Part shown: piece after piece, positions 51,341 to 64,000 of the stretch
How the letters are laid out: every line of letters starts with the position of its first letter
How positions within the stretch are numbered: the stretch's first letter is position 1
Source of the DNA: Lama glama
Taxonomy: Eukaryota
Direction of reading: 5' to 3'
Assembly (NCBI GenBank): GCA_028534125.1
Contig: CM052816.1
Location: 78,680,001 to 78,744,000 of the forward strand
DNA length: 64,000 nucleotides
Program-made: the position numbers and the translations under genes
Notes under the pieces: model-generated
What the model was told of the DNA's origin: nothing
What the model saw: only the letters and a program-made list of their open reading frames with translations
The model's database searches: none

Positions 51341-53709
51341 TTTCCATTCTCAAATAGAGGACCCTGACTTTGTTTTCTCCCTAGGCAACACATTCTCCAA
51401 TCACATCTCCCAGCACACACAGGGATCCTCCAGAGGTGTGTGTAATTTGCAGAATTCCCTCCACCCCCTCATCCTGCTTTGGTTTAGAATCATGATACTT
51501 AAAACCCTGAAGGAAATTCTTATTGAATCTATCATTCATTGCAATTGATCATAAGGATCTAAATTACCATGTAGTTTGGAAAGTATTCCTTTGAGACTAA
51601 TACCTTAAAAAGATCTTTTGCAAACTAAATTATGCCCCTTGTCTTAACAGTCCTGGAAAAGAGCGGAGACTCCTTTAATGGTCCCAGTGGCAGCCTTCCC
51701 AACTTCATTAGGTTACATTTTAAAAGTTCATTTTACACTGGTTGTTTGCAGCTTATAATTCCTTTTTCTTTAACACCAATATTATAAATATTGATAATTT
51801 CTCCAAGGTTTACCCACAAATTTCTTTTTAACCACACAGAGGGATTGCGTTATAGTGGGTTTTTTTTTTCCTGAAAAATTACTCAGTGAAAACTCTTTTT
51901 CCTTCAGTAAAGTTTATCTATTAAGTACTAAGAAAATATGAGGAAATTCCACTTCAAAGTCACTGTTAACTAGGACTGCTACTAAGGGGAAGTAATATTT
52001 TCTCTAATTGTACCGAATGAAGGCTTTGCTCCCATAAAGGGTAACAAGGTGGGTTTTTCAGCACAATTATCTGAAAGCAGAAACCTCTGTACACTGGTCT
52101 CACCCTTGAAGAGATAGTATAAAGGAATCCAGGACCCCTCTGTTTGCATCCAGGAACCTGTAGGCACTCAGTTCAGACTCCAGCCGGTAGAGATGGTGGA
52201 AAGGGAGCCTCTGTTCCACTAAATAAAATGGCAGATGAGAATTCTATCCTCTAAGTGCTTACTGCCTGGACTTGTCTCCCAGAACAATGGCAGAGCCTGG
52301 ATTATGAGGATGTGCCTTTGTGTCAGCATTAATCTAGCTTCTGTGATAAGAATCGTGGCTGCTATGATTACCTCTGATCAGCAATGGGCCAGGCCAGTTT
52401 CAAAAACAAGCACCCCCAAATCACCCTGTCTACCTGGTTGTTTTATTGTGGGCAATTAATTCTCCAATGGGAGCTTTCTGTACATGCAATCACTTGTCTA
52501 AACACCTGGACAAGTAGAAGCCAGCAGAGATCTGCAAGGCATCGAAAAAAACAAAAACTAACATAGTTTCTATCCAAGAAATGGCCAACCTTCCAAGGCA
52601 TGTGGTAGTTAGAATCTTGCCCCAAGACTTTTGAGTTGTTCTATGAAGTTCTTATTATAGAGATCTTGAAAGGAGATTATAAATATCCTTGAGAACTCCC
52701 TGGGAGGGGAAAAGATGCTCAGAGCCAACTCACAGAAGGATCTGCCTAAGGGTGGACAGTAAGCCAAGGAGGGAAAAGAAAACAGGGCCAGTAATACCTG
52801 AGTTCTGGGCTTTAGCTACAAACCTAGAAACCATCCTGCTGGGGCAGTGGCTACGGATATTCCTTCTCCAAGTCAGAGATGTGCTGTGGGGAAAGAGAAG
52901 AGTGGGCAGGAAGGAATGTACAGCAACAATCTTCTAAAACTTCTTGGCTCTGTCTGTATTCACCAATCGCATGTACCAAAACTCTTCAACCACGTCCCAT
53001 GCAGGAGTAAATCGCTCTCTCTCTGTCATAGAAAATAAGACTCCTAGCCTGCAAAGCTTCCAAGCCTTGAAAATCCAAGCGTCAACTGACAAAACATCTG
53101 GCTGGGGAAATCGCCCACCCCCTCCCCATTCTCCCACCAGCGTAAAAGGCAACGGGGGTGGGGGACAATGGAGAAGGGAATGAAATCATGCGGGTTCACC
53201 AGGAAAAGATACAGTGTTGGTGGCAGCAGAGTTGGTGAGTGTGTTGTGGGCATTACCTCTTGATGAGGCTTCCAAGAAGGCTCCCGCTCAAGTCGTGGTG
53301 GCTCTGAGAACAAGCATTCTTGCATCAATAGCTAATAGGCTGTCCAACCAGATGTTATCTGGGTGGGATAAGAGGGTGAGAAAACAGACCTGTTGTACGC
53401 TGTTGTCAACTACATCGCTGTGGTCAGAGGAGACTGGTTGTGTAGTGTTTAGCAGGGCGCCTCTTTCATAGCGAGGCGGACCAGATTACGTGGCTGTTTC
53501 AATCCGTTTCCTCTTGTGATTGGTAAAATACGAGAGTTATAATCATTCATGCATTACTAAAGCCTCCTTTCCATCATTTCGAAGGGACTTTTATTTTCTA
53601 GAACAGAGCATGCATCCAGCAGAAACCTAAAGCATTCGTTTTTTTCTAAGCGATCTTTTGCGATAAGCACACTTGAAAAACAAAAACAAAACAAAACTGC
53701 ATATGGTAC

Positions 53710-53847
53710 CTGTGACGAGACTGGAGATGATAAGTGGTAACACCAACATCTGTAACATCCTCATCAGAAGCTCCCCAGGAAAGGAGAAGTATTTGACTTC
53801 GCGGTAACTCATTTTGTACGGTCGGAGAGTAAATCCAAGGATTGTAC
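53710..53847 (-). CDS. SLC1A3: EAAT1 coding exon 3 (138 nt, phase 1-1): (G)[45 protein letters not shown](G)
   Basis: Acceptor ttctttcag|GT at 53848/53847, donor ACAG|gtacca at 53710/53709; lies inside ORF 53627..53920. Confidence 0.97.
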
Positions 53848-55179
53848 CTGAAAGAAGAGAAAAAGAAGAAAAACTGAGTCTTTTTTGAAACTGAATTAAC
53901 AGTCCTAGAAAAATAAGCAAGTATTTGGCTGGTGATCACTTCTGTCTGACAAGAGCAAATTTAGTTAAGCATCAAATATTTGTGCTGCTTGGGAGCAAGG
54001 GGTATGCTTATCTTCTCAGTTGTAGTCTGGAAAGGTCTGGCTGAATCCAGGGCTTCAAGTAGACCTTACAGAAAAAAACGTTCCTGATCATAGCAAGTAA
54101 AAAATTCCTTTGTCTAACTTGAATGCTGTGGGACCAATTTTGACATGGCTCAATACAGAGTTATGAAGATTGGGGCATAAGTTGGAAACAAAAATCATGT
54201 ATCCATGAACAAAGCAATATAGGGAAAAAATAAAACCTTATGTTGAAATTCTTTTGTAACAACAGATGTTAGAACTCCTAGTGCAGCCACTTACAAAGGG
54301 TGAAAAGAGGTGGTGTAATTTTATTTTTCCAATCGAAAAAACTCTTCTTGTTCACATTATTAATTCGTTTTCATCATCTCCCTGTCTGCACACCACACTT
54401 TCTGTCTACATGGTCTTGATATTGCCTTGGCAACTGAATTGTACAGACTTGCTAGTTGCTGGCAAGAGAAGACTCCAAAATTAACAGTTTTTTTTTCCCA
54501 AAAAACTTAAGGGAAAATAGGGGAAAGAGAGAGCAATTTTCCCCTTAATTTGATTCTGCTCCTGGAACTTTAAAAAATAGTTTTAAATCATAATTTTATA
54601 CATAAACCAAATTATGCATGATGCCTTTTGAAATGTTTGGAAATTAACGAATGTATTGAATAAATTTACTCCCTTTCCCTAATCAACTTTCCTTGCCCTC
54701 CAAATTTGCTTATTACATTATCGTAAATATTTTCAAAAACTTTGCCTTGCTGTTACTAAAACATGTGAGTTATAGAGAAGTGCTGAGTTGTCTAGAAGCT
54801 AGAGGTTAGGAAAGGGGAGAGAATACTGTGCAGACACAAATTTTTCCAAAGGAAGCAAGCAGTCCTTTAAAGACATTGAACCATCCTAACTTATGAAATG
54901 GAACACAAAGTTCATTTCAATCGTCACTGCAATTCCAGCGTCAATTCTTGGGTCCCAGCAACATGAAATATCCATTCTTTGATTACATACCATGATATTC
55001 CAATAGAGCTGAATCTATTTAACTAGAAAATCCGGCTGACCCTGTTTACAGGACCTTCAGAAAAAATGTATTGCTTTTTCCCAATATAACAGTAATATAT
55101 TCGGGAGAGAAAAGTTGATTTGGAAAATGTAGAAATGTGGAGGAAAAAGCCTTTTATATTGGTTTTTAAATAGCAAAGA

Positions 55180-55425
55180 GCTAATGCTGACTGAGCTCTT
55201 ACTATTTGCCAGGCATTATTGTTAGTGCTTTACTTGTATTAGTATATTTAATCCTCATAAAAACCCTAGGACGTAGGTATTATTTTACCACCAATATACT
55301 GACAGAAATCAAATCGTAGTGAATTTAAAACTTGCGCGATTCCAACAGCTCTTCCGTATCAAAGTCAAATAGCACTCAAGTGGCAGAGCTGGGATTGAAA
55401 CCCAGGATGTTTGGACTCAATCTCA
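55180..55425 (-). mobile_element. MIR SINE
   Basis: actgagctcttactatttgccaggcatt...atttaatcctcataaaaaccctagg...gtggcagagctgggattgaaacccagg. Confidence 0.8.
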
Positions 55426-55779
55426 CATTCTTGACTACCTTTCACATTTCCTGCTCTTCAGTAGAGCAAAGACACGCTTTTAGTGCTTTTGAGAGTTTCT
55501 TTCCAGAATGTTCCCAAACAGAGTTAAATATACAGAAATCACATGGGCTGTACTTTTCCATATATGGTCACAATAAAGAGCTTTTTAAGCCTCATGACAT
55601 CAGATCCAATGATTGTATCAAAATTTACTCTGTATCTTTTTTTGAACACTAAGCTGCTTAGCATTTTTTACTTCTATGAATAACACCATAATGAATGTAT
55701 GAAGGATGTTTTTACCTAGGGATGTTTGGTTTTGTGTCGTTTAGAGAAAGGGAACCAGTGCATTAAAGAATCTGACTAC

Positions 55780-56420
55780 TGGGTAGTGGGAAGAGAGAAA
55801 TAGGTGAGGGAGGTTGAGTGGTATAAGCTTTCAGTTACAAAACAAATGAGTCACGGGTATGAAATGTACAATGTGGGGAGCATAGTCACAATTATGTAAT
55901 ATCTTTGTAGCATGACATGGTAACTAGACTTATCATGAGGACCATTTTGAAATGTACAGAAATACTGAATCACCATGTTTTATACCAGGCACTACCATAG
56001 TGTTTGTTGTAGGTCAATTATACTTCAAAAGCAAACTCATAGAAAAAGAGATCAGAATTATGGTTGTTGGAGCTGGGATGTGGGAGGAGGGGGAATTGGA
56101 TGAAGGCAGTCAAAAGGTACACACTTTCAGTTACATGATAAGTAAGTACTAGGGTATAAGGTACAACATGATAAATACAATTAACACTGCTGTACATTAT
56201 ATATGAAAGTTGTTAAGGGACTGAATCTTGAGAGTTCTCATCGCAAGGAAAACAATTTTTTTTCTATTTCTTTAATCTGTAAGATGATGGATGTTCACTA
56301 AACTTATTGTGATGGTCATTCTGTGATGTGTGTTAAGTCAAATCATGCTGGACCCCTTACATTTACACAGTGATATATGTCAATTATATCTAATAAAACT
56401 GGAAGGAAAAGAAAAATAAA
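55780..56420 (+). mobile_element. L1 3' end (L1MA9-like, two successive 3'UTR modules)
   Basis: Two related modules, ending ...gtcaattatacttcaaaa and ...gtcaattatatctaataaaactggaaggaaaa. Confidence 0.85.
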
Positions 56421-59350
56421 GCTTATTACTGCCTCAATCCATGCTGTCAAACTGCCTTCCCAGTGGGTTGGCCAACAGTTTAATGTTCCATTCGTGAATG
56501 AGAAGGCTTTATTTCCTATCTCTAGGAGCAGAATATTATCCAAAAAATTATTAAAAGAAGCAAAGTTTGTGAATGAGATGAGTAAACAGTATGTATGTTT
56601 CTTTTTGTTTTTGTTTGAATTTATTTAACATCTAATGATATTGACCATTTTTCCTAATTGCATTTTCTCTAATCATTTACTAAATCCTAATGGTTAAAAG
56701 TTTGCATACGTGTGTATGTATTTCATATAGATTCTTTAAATAAAGATAATTACCCTTTGCCTATACTTAAAATAATATTTGCTATAACATTTTTCTAATT
56801 TGCTTGCCATGTATTATCACTTAAAATGTACAGGTGTTCTGCATTTTATGAAAGTAATGTCTACACATCTTCTTTATTAGATGATTTCTTCAAGAGTTGT
56901 AAACTTTAATTTCCTTCACCCTCTCATGTTTGATAAATCTTTATTACATTTTTGCTTTTTTGATAGTTTGCTTGGCTCTAAAATATTGAATCTTTAATCT
57001 TCCTGGAACTCAGTTTGGGGTGAGGCATTTAATTTCAATTTTCAGCATGCATTATTCAACACAGCAGTATTAACAGCACATAGGAATTATAAAAGGCTCT
57101 GGTTATATCTGGTTCTTTCCTGCGTGTTCATATAAAGGTCAAGTCACATTAAAATAAGTGCATCTCCTTATAATGTGTGTAAGTAAACAAATAAATATTT
57201 ATACAGTTTACTTTCAATCAAATATATTTTTACTGGAGTTGATTACATTTCCTGGCTTTTATTTAACTGCATTTAAACATTGGTTACTCAATTATAACAA
57301 AAAATATGGACAGTAAACACAAGAAACTCATTTTGGTCTTTTGGAATTTGACCATACCAAGTTAATAGGAATTTTAGATACCCTTCAAATAACAATTTCA
57401 GAGCAGGCTTGGTTTTACAAGTTCATTCCTAAGTTGACTGTCTTTAGAAATGTATTTACTCACATACAACAATATTTCTAAGGGTGAGTATGCCCCTGGC
57501 TAGTCCAGAAATACCTATTTAAGTTATAATTTAGAACAAAATGACAGAATAGCTGCTCTACCAACACAGGTTCTAGGGGCAAGAGACAAGCCAGTGTAGA
57601 CGAAAGAAGGGATTATTCTTTCTAATACTGGGTGCATTGGATCCTATTTTCCAAAGTTGAACCTTTGCCAATACTGACTGTACTCCCCTCTTACAACCAC
57701 ATCAGCTGTCCCCAGCCTCTTTCTCTCCTTGAGTTCTCCATGTACCTTCTCTTCCCTTCGCCCATGAAACCCCACATTTATTTGGTGCAACCAATTTTCA
57801 TCTAGGTGTTAGGAGGGGAAGCAAGTCAGCTCAGTGAATGAATTTTGGGCAATATGTGAATGACAATGCCTCTTAACTCTCCAATACACTAAGAAGATGT
57901 CTAACAGAGCAACAGAAAGACAGTCAAGGAGGCAAAATCTCAAGAAGTGTTGATATTTTTCATCTGTCTCTTTCCAGTCAACAAGCTAGCCTTGCTGGGA
58001 AGTGTAGTCCTGGCATCAGCTACTCTAGAATATCCCTGCTTCTTTACCCTCTCCAACATGGAAGCCCCATTTTTGAAAAGCTCTTATTTATAGTAGTAAC
58101 AGCAGAAAGGTGATATCATTTATTTATAAGGGATAGCATTAGGTCAAATGCTTTGAATAGAGGAGTTGTGTAGAGTGATAGCACATTGCAATTACACTTT
58201 GAATCAGTTTTGTCCCTGACTATGCTTTCGTCTGTTTACTACCTCCGGATTTACTAAGTAAGCTACTTCTCTTCTCGGGAAAGAGATTATGTTGGGGGAA
58301 GTCAATGTTTATTGAGCTCTTACTATGTGTTAATGGTCAGGTGATCCTCATCACAGCTTTATGAGATGGGCATTATCATATTTATTTTAAAGATGCTCAG
58401 AAGTTAGTTAACTTGCTCAAGGTTACAAAGCAAGTGTTTGACCTGGGGGATTCTAAACAAAAGCCAGTTCTCTTCATACTACACTTTAATGTCTCTCAAA
58501 CACAAACATGTCCTATAGCCTGGCCTCGGGTCTTCAGCATCTCTGGCCCACTGCATTGTAGAAGCACTTGGGTACTAATCTTGGACCTGCTAGATAGAGA
58601 TGTCCCAGAGGCACCCAGCACATCTTGGAACTTTTCACAGGTCCTCTTACTTTTGAGGATCTCACAGTACTGTTATTAGTATCAAGTCACTGTTTAAAAC
58701 AGTAACACCAAATCCCTTTTTATGGAATGATATAACTAAACTTACTTAGAACTTATTAATTAAAGTAGCCTGCCTTTTCTCTCCACTGAGTACATTTTAA
58801 TCCTTGGTAACTGTCAGCAACAAGGGTGGGAGAGGCATTAAATGAAAACATGCTTCAGGTTCCCATGCTTAACGACAACAGTTAGCAGTCCTGAGCACAG
58901 ACAAGACACCAGGTTCTCACAAGCACAGATGCCATGGAGGCCAGGACTGGTGTTACCCATATCACAGATGAGGAAGCAGCCACTGAGAACGTAGGTTACT
59001 GACCAGAATCACAAAGCTGCACAAGCTGGGGCCACAGTCAACACAGACACGGGTCAAGCTCTTCACAGAGCCAGCTGGGCGACTGAGGTGGACTTCACAC
59101 CCAGCCTGTCCGGCTCCAGGGCCCAGACCGCCACCCACTCTGTTGTACTCACGGCTTCTAGGTAGTCACAGTACTAATTTCAAGAGCCTGTTAGTATACA
59201 ATATTTTATCTACCTTTTCATTCTATTTTGAATTACGTTAACTAAATGCAGAGCTTAAGCTGAAGAAGGATTTTTGTGGATTTTACTTAATGAAGTCAAC
59301 ATCTACCTTTTTTCAATTCATTTGTTGAGTGAATAGACAAAAGACATTTT

Positions 59351-59560
59351 TAATGAAAACGAATATATGTATGTATATACATGACTGGGACATTGTGCTG
59401 TACATCAGAAATTGACACATTGTAATTGACTGTACTTCAATAAGAAAATAAAAATAAAAAATAGAATGTAAAAAAACTAAACAAATAAATCTAATTACCT
59501 CCCCCTGCTGCAAAAAATAAATTAATAATAATATGTAGTATTCAGAATTTGCATTAAAAA
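59351..59560 (+). mobile_element. Short L1 3' end followed by a SINE-tail-like and unique segment, all within one apparent TSD
   Basis: aatgaaaacgaatatatgtatgta...ctgtacttcaataa, then ctaattacctcccc; flanks acaaaagac at 59337-59345 and 59561-59569. Confidence 0.75.
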
Positions 59561-60117
59561 ACAAAAGACTTTTTTTTCCTTCAGCTTTCTGCTGGGACAG
59601 GCAGCGTTAGAGGTGAAGCCAGTATGGGAAGGTCAGTTATCAGCATCAAATCTAGAGGAAATGCTCTGAATGCGAAGACTGCTTTTTGGGGTAAGCAGTT
59701 CAGGTTTCTGATTACAGAGCCCAGCAATGAAAAGGGCCTCCCTCACAGCCTCATGCAGACTTCTCAGAGCCCCCTCCACGATGACCTTAAGACCACTTAG
59801 AGAGAGAGGGGTGGGGAGAGGCCTAGGTCCCTTTGGTCAGGCAGCTCACTGCCTCTGCAGAGCTGAGTCCCATTAGTGGGCACTTACGTAAGCACATTGA
59901 TTGATATTCCGAGAACTAATAAAAACCTTTATGGCCACCAGACCTTCAGTGCAGGAGAAAAGATCCTTTAGTATTGATTACTCTGCAAAAATAACAATAA
60001 AAACCAGAATAACTTCCTAACAGGATTTGTTAGAGGTGAAGCAAACTGCAAAGTTGGCATCTCGGTGACATAGATGTCATGAGCAATATCCGGATTGCTG
60101 TCTTGGCCAACAGTCTT

Positions 60118-60275
60118 TTTTATTAATTTATCTTTTAGTGTCTTTTAAATTTTTTTAATTTTAATTTTATTTTTTATTGAAGTATTGTCAGTTTACAATG
60201 TTGTGTCAGTCTCTGGTGCACAGCATGTTTCTGTACATAAAACAGATAGACAACAAGCTTACACTGTACAGCATC
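60118..60275 (-). mobile_element. Short L1 insertion with internal inversion (twin-priming structure)
   Basis: Perfect 13-bp TSD ggccaacagtctt (60105-60117, 60276-60288). Poly-T plus reverse L1 terminus, then a forward L1 3'UTR piece (tacataaaacagatagacaacaag...actgtacagca). Confidence 0.8.
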
Positions 60276-61251
60276 GGCCAACAGTCTTACAGCATTCCTG
60301 TTGTAGCACGTTAACCAGATTTCTAGAATCTAGGAAATATCTTCACAAAAATATCCACAGTGATCAAAATTAACTGTGCTGGTTGAATGATATGAACAAA
60401 GATGCATGTTTACTTAAATACTTTCTCTTTCCTAACGTGGAAAGCTCAAAAAGGAAGACCTTCAGGGGTTCACTGTTTCCCCTGGGGATTCTATACAACA
60501 AAAACTTCTTTGGAAGATTAAATATCACTTTATCTTCTAAACTAAGGCACAATGTGCACACTGTAGCCTCAGAAAGAGCACCTCACTGGCTTGCTTTTGA
60601 AAGCCAGACACACACAGGTTAAAAGCTAAAGACCTGTTTTAAGAATTTGATCCACATCTAATCTGAAAAAACTATTGAAAATATTAAGAGGCTTACGAAT
60701 AAAAGAAAAAGGTACAATCTGAAGTAAAATTTAGGCCGAATCACTCAATTTAACTTTTGCTGGATGTTGGCGTTTAAAATAGTAAAATTTTACTAAGGTC
60801 CCTGCTTTACCTGCATCCTCTGTCATGAATAGATTGATAGACCAAAGCCTTCTAGAATTATTACTCACACTGCAGAATTCTCCAGAAAAAGGGATGATGC
60901 CCAACAGCTCAGATGTCAAAGGAGAATTTAAAAATAGTAGTGGCCTTGGTCTTGAAAGACCTCACATTCTAAGGCCAACCATAAGGAAACTACCAAATGC
61001 CAACCAGCTCTTCTAGTATTTACACGGCAAACCAGTCAAAGCGCATTCAAACTGCTGCCCAGAAACAGCGTGGCCTGTAGATCTTCAGCCAGAAAGGAGG
61101 CCAGGCTGTCTACCTGTATGCAAGATGTCTCAAGGGTACAACAGTATCACATATTTTTGTTGACAGTGCACCACTGACTTTATGTGATAAGATACTACTA
61201 TTTCCCTGCTAGCAGCTTTTCATTTTTGTAGCAAAGAAACAAACACACAGT

Positions 61252-61404
61252 GGGGAGGGTGTAGCTTAAGTGGTAGAGCACACGTTTCGCATGCACAGGG
61301 TCCTGGGTTCAATCCCCAGTACCTCCTCTAAAAATATAAATAAATAAACCTAATTACCTCCCCACCTCAGACCAAAATAAATAAATAAAAATATTTATTT
61401 AAAG
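61252..61404 (+). mobile_element. Vic-1-like SINE
   Basis: GGGGAGGGTGTAGCTTAAGTGGTAGAGCAC...GTCCTGGGTTCAATCCCCAGTACCTCC, A-rich linker, cctaattacctcccc, A-rich tail; perfect 17-bp TSD aaagaaacaaacacaca (61233-61249, 61405-61421). Confidence 0.92.
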
Positions 61405-63399
61405 AAAGAAACAAACACACAAACAAAAAAGCTAGCACTGCTTTCCCTCAAGGTTACAACAATCTAACGCATGATGAAACAAAAATCACAGGAGTGGCGT
61501 CACCTCTGTCACATTCTACTGGTTAAGAGCAAGGTCACAGTTCCCACCCCCACCAAGTGAGTTGCATAGGTTGGGTAGGAGTTTGTCTGACCTGCAAAGT
61601 CCTTCCCTGAGCAGAGGAATCGCTTAGCTCTCCAGGGAATCTGATTCCCTACTGCACTCTGTGAACACAGGTGCCTACCCTTAGAAACAGCCCCTTTCTT
61701 CCAAACTGATTTCTCTTATGATTTGGGAAACTGGTTCTTGACTAAACTATGGTTTCTAGATTCACAAACTAAGAGTGATAGCTCTCGATCCCTAATTCTC
61801 TGACAAGACTGGGTTTTTTTCCTTCAGTATGAAGGAAAGCAGGTATGATGCTGTAGACAGATCATGGACTTGAGAGTCAGAGATGAGGATTCTGGGCCTG
61901 ATGCTGTCAGTAAATTATGTTAGTAGATACTTTATTTAAATGACTTCATAGCAAAACTACAGAACTTAACATCACCATCCTATAGACAAGGAGACTAAGC
62001 CCCAGAATAAATAAGCCATTTGACTAAGATGACATGGTCAGTAAGTGATGTTGGCAAAATGCAGTGCAAACTTAGATCTACCTATTTTCACAGCTGACAT
62101 CTTCAAATCAAATCCTTGCCTCCCCCCTCCTTTTTTTTAATCTGAAAAATGAGAGACATAGATCAGAAAGGCAGTATCTAAGATCTTCTTGAACTTTAAT
62201 ATTCTCAGCTAAATGTTCTGAGTTTAAGAGAACATGTAAACCAAAAGCATTATAAATCTTAGGTGCTTTATATGAATTCATCCTGTTTCTTCTAATGAAT
62301 CCTAAAGTCCTTGATAATACTTATGAAAGCTTGTAATAAGTCATAAAATGCTTTATCAGCGTGGCCCTTGTGGTTTTAATGGCAGGTACTCAATGAATAA
62401 TTATCTGAGAGATTGAACCAAAGTTTCTATTTCAGAACTTGGCTAGATCGTGGCCCACTTTGGAGACGTCGTAGGCCTTTCTCATGCCAGCCTGCTGAAG
62501 TGACTAGAATAAAGTTCCATAGCCTGTTTTTATAAAGAGGGCAAGGGCATAATGGCAAATTTACCTGCCTAAGAGGTCTTGGTCCCTGGTCTTTTGTTCA
62601 GCCCAAACTTCCAGGCATTTCCTGATGAGGAGCTATTCTGTGTTTGAGGCAAACCTTGCAACCCTCCCCCACTCCTGTTCCCACATCCTTCAGAGATTTG
62701 GGCCCTGGCTTGGCTCATTCTTTTGTCCTTTGGTATTTCCTGTTGCTGGAGGTGGGAAATACCTGTTCCAGCCTTGCTCCACCAGCGGTGCCCAGATAAT
62801 CAGCCCTGGGTGACTGAAGACTGAGCAGGGTGCTGATGCAGACTCCCTTCCATGTGGTGGGCAACACCGAGAGACAACTGTATCAGAAGAACCCTGGAGT
62901 TCTGAAAAGCCAGGTGCTTTCTTCTTAAAATGGTAATTTAATTGATAAATAATCATGCAGGCTTTTTACATGTCCAATCCATTGTCATTTAAAGCATCTT
63001 CTATTTTATTTATTTATTTTTAGTTAATTTACAATGTTGTGTTAGTTTCTGGTGTACAGCATAGTGATTCAGTTGTATATATATATTTCTTTTTACTTTA
63101 GAAATAGTAACTAAAAACACCAGAATCTGTTGCCTTCCCTTCTGGTTATATACATATATACAATTTATTACATATTAATTATTTATTATATATATAATAT
63201 ATTATTTAAACAATAAAATATATTTTAATATATATAATATATTATATATATATAGCTGTGAGTGAGCAGGAAACGAAACATTTTAAATTTTCCAGGCTCC
63301 CTCTGTGCAAACTGTGTCATTCACTTGCTAGCCACACAAACTGCAAAGTCCACTCATCTTTACCTGTGGTATTAGCAGTACTGGGGCAAACTCTTTAAA

Positions 63400-63743
63400 T
63401 CTCACAGTTTGGGAGAGTAAATTGCTACAACCTCTATGGGATACAAATTAGTGGTAATAATCAAAATCATGAAAATATATACCCTTAGTCTCAGCAATTT
63501 CACTTCTAGGGATGTATCCCACAGATATGTCTTACCAGGGTGAAATAACTTTTATCCAAGATCATTCACTATGCCCATTTGAAAAATGGTATTGAAGGAC
63601 TGGAAACAGGTTGTTGGAAACAGGTTGTCCATCAGTTGGGAAATGCTTAAATAAATTATGGTACCCCCATCCCCAAGAGAAAATGAGCAGGCTCTTCATG
63701 TGCCAGGAAGGAACGATAAACTCCAGGAATATTGTAAAGTGAA

Positions 63744-63783
<40 letters not shown>

Positions 63784-63960
63784 AGAGAGAGAGAGAATAA
63801 ATGTTAATTTATTTTTATACTCGTAAAATAACTCCAAAGGCACAGAAGAAACTGATAACGATGTAAACAGAACCCCTGGGAGACCTGGGTGGGTCGGACA
63901 CTTTCCTTTTATATCCTTTTGTCCTTTTTGACTCTGGACAATGTAGATTTATTCCATAAG
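63400..63960 (+). mobile_element. Old L1 (L1ME-like) fragment with internal poly-A/(GA)n
   Basis: gggagagtaaattgctacaacctctatgg...cagcaatttcacttctagggatgtatccc...tgtccatcagttgggaaatgcttaaataaattatggtac. Confidence 0.7.
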
Positions 63961-64000
63961 TAGCATAACAAACACACAGACAGAAAGGGCCCACAATTTT

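Noticed and set aside
57380..57540. Possible Tigger-type DNA transposon remnant; possible MaLR fragment at ~61480-61580
   Set aside because: Resemblance is too weak to call without RepeatMasker.
61252..61325. tRNA-like sequences with A/B boxes (also at ~38020-38088, 39800-39875, 39950-40015, 44165-44238)
   Set aside because: They carry A-rich tails, TSDs and degenerate stems, so they are SINE heads, not tRNA genes.
44120..61404. Inverted SINE pair as a dsRNA/editing substrate
   Set aside because: The nearest opposite-orientation Vic-1 copies are ~17 kb apart, short and diverged.

Overview
Mammalian genomic DNA, very probably a camelid (alpaca/llama/camel) judging by five Vic-1-type tRNA-derived SINEs and no Alu, Bov-A/BovB or PRE-1 that I could see. 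Nearly the whole window is the 3' part of SLC1A3 (EAAT1/GLAST, glial glutamate/aspartate transporter) on the minus strand. It holds coding exons 3-10 (138, 205, 43, 293, 234, 195, 135 and 205 nt; 1448 nt total, all GT-AG, frame intact, ending ...DSETKM-stop), a ~2.1 kb 3'UTR with AATAAA at 106-111, and a 35.6 kb intron 3. Exons 1-2 lie beyond the right edge. The rest is intronic sequence with ordinary interspersed repeats (L1, L2, L3/CR1, MIR, hAT-Charlie, LTRs, SINEs) and microsatellites. I found no convincing novel biological system. The best second-look items are splice-site features around the skippable exons 3 and 9, candidate regulatory motifs, and several retrotransposition events readable from target-site duplications (twin-primed L1, possible 3' transduction, nested insertions). 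Repeat family names and human protein comparisons are from memory, not from a database search, and repeat boundaries are approximate.
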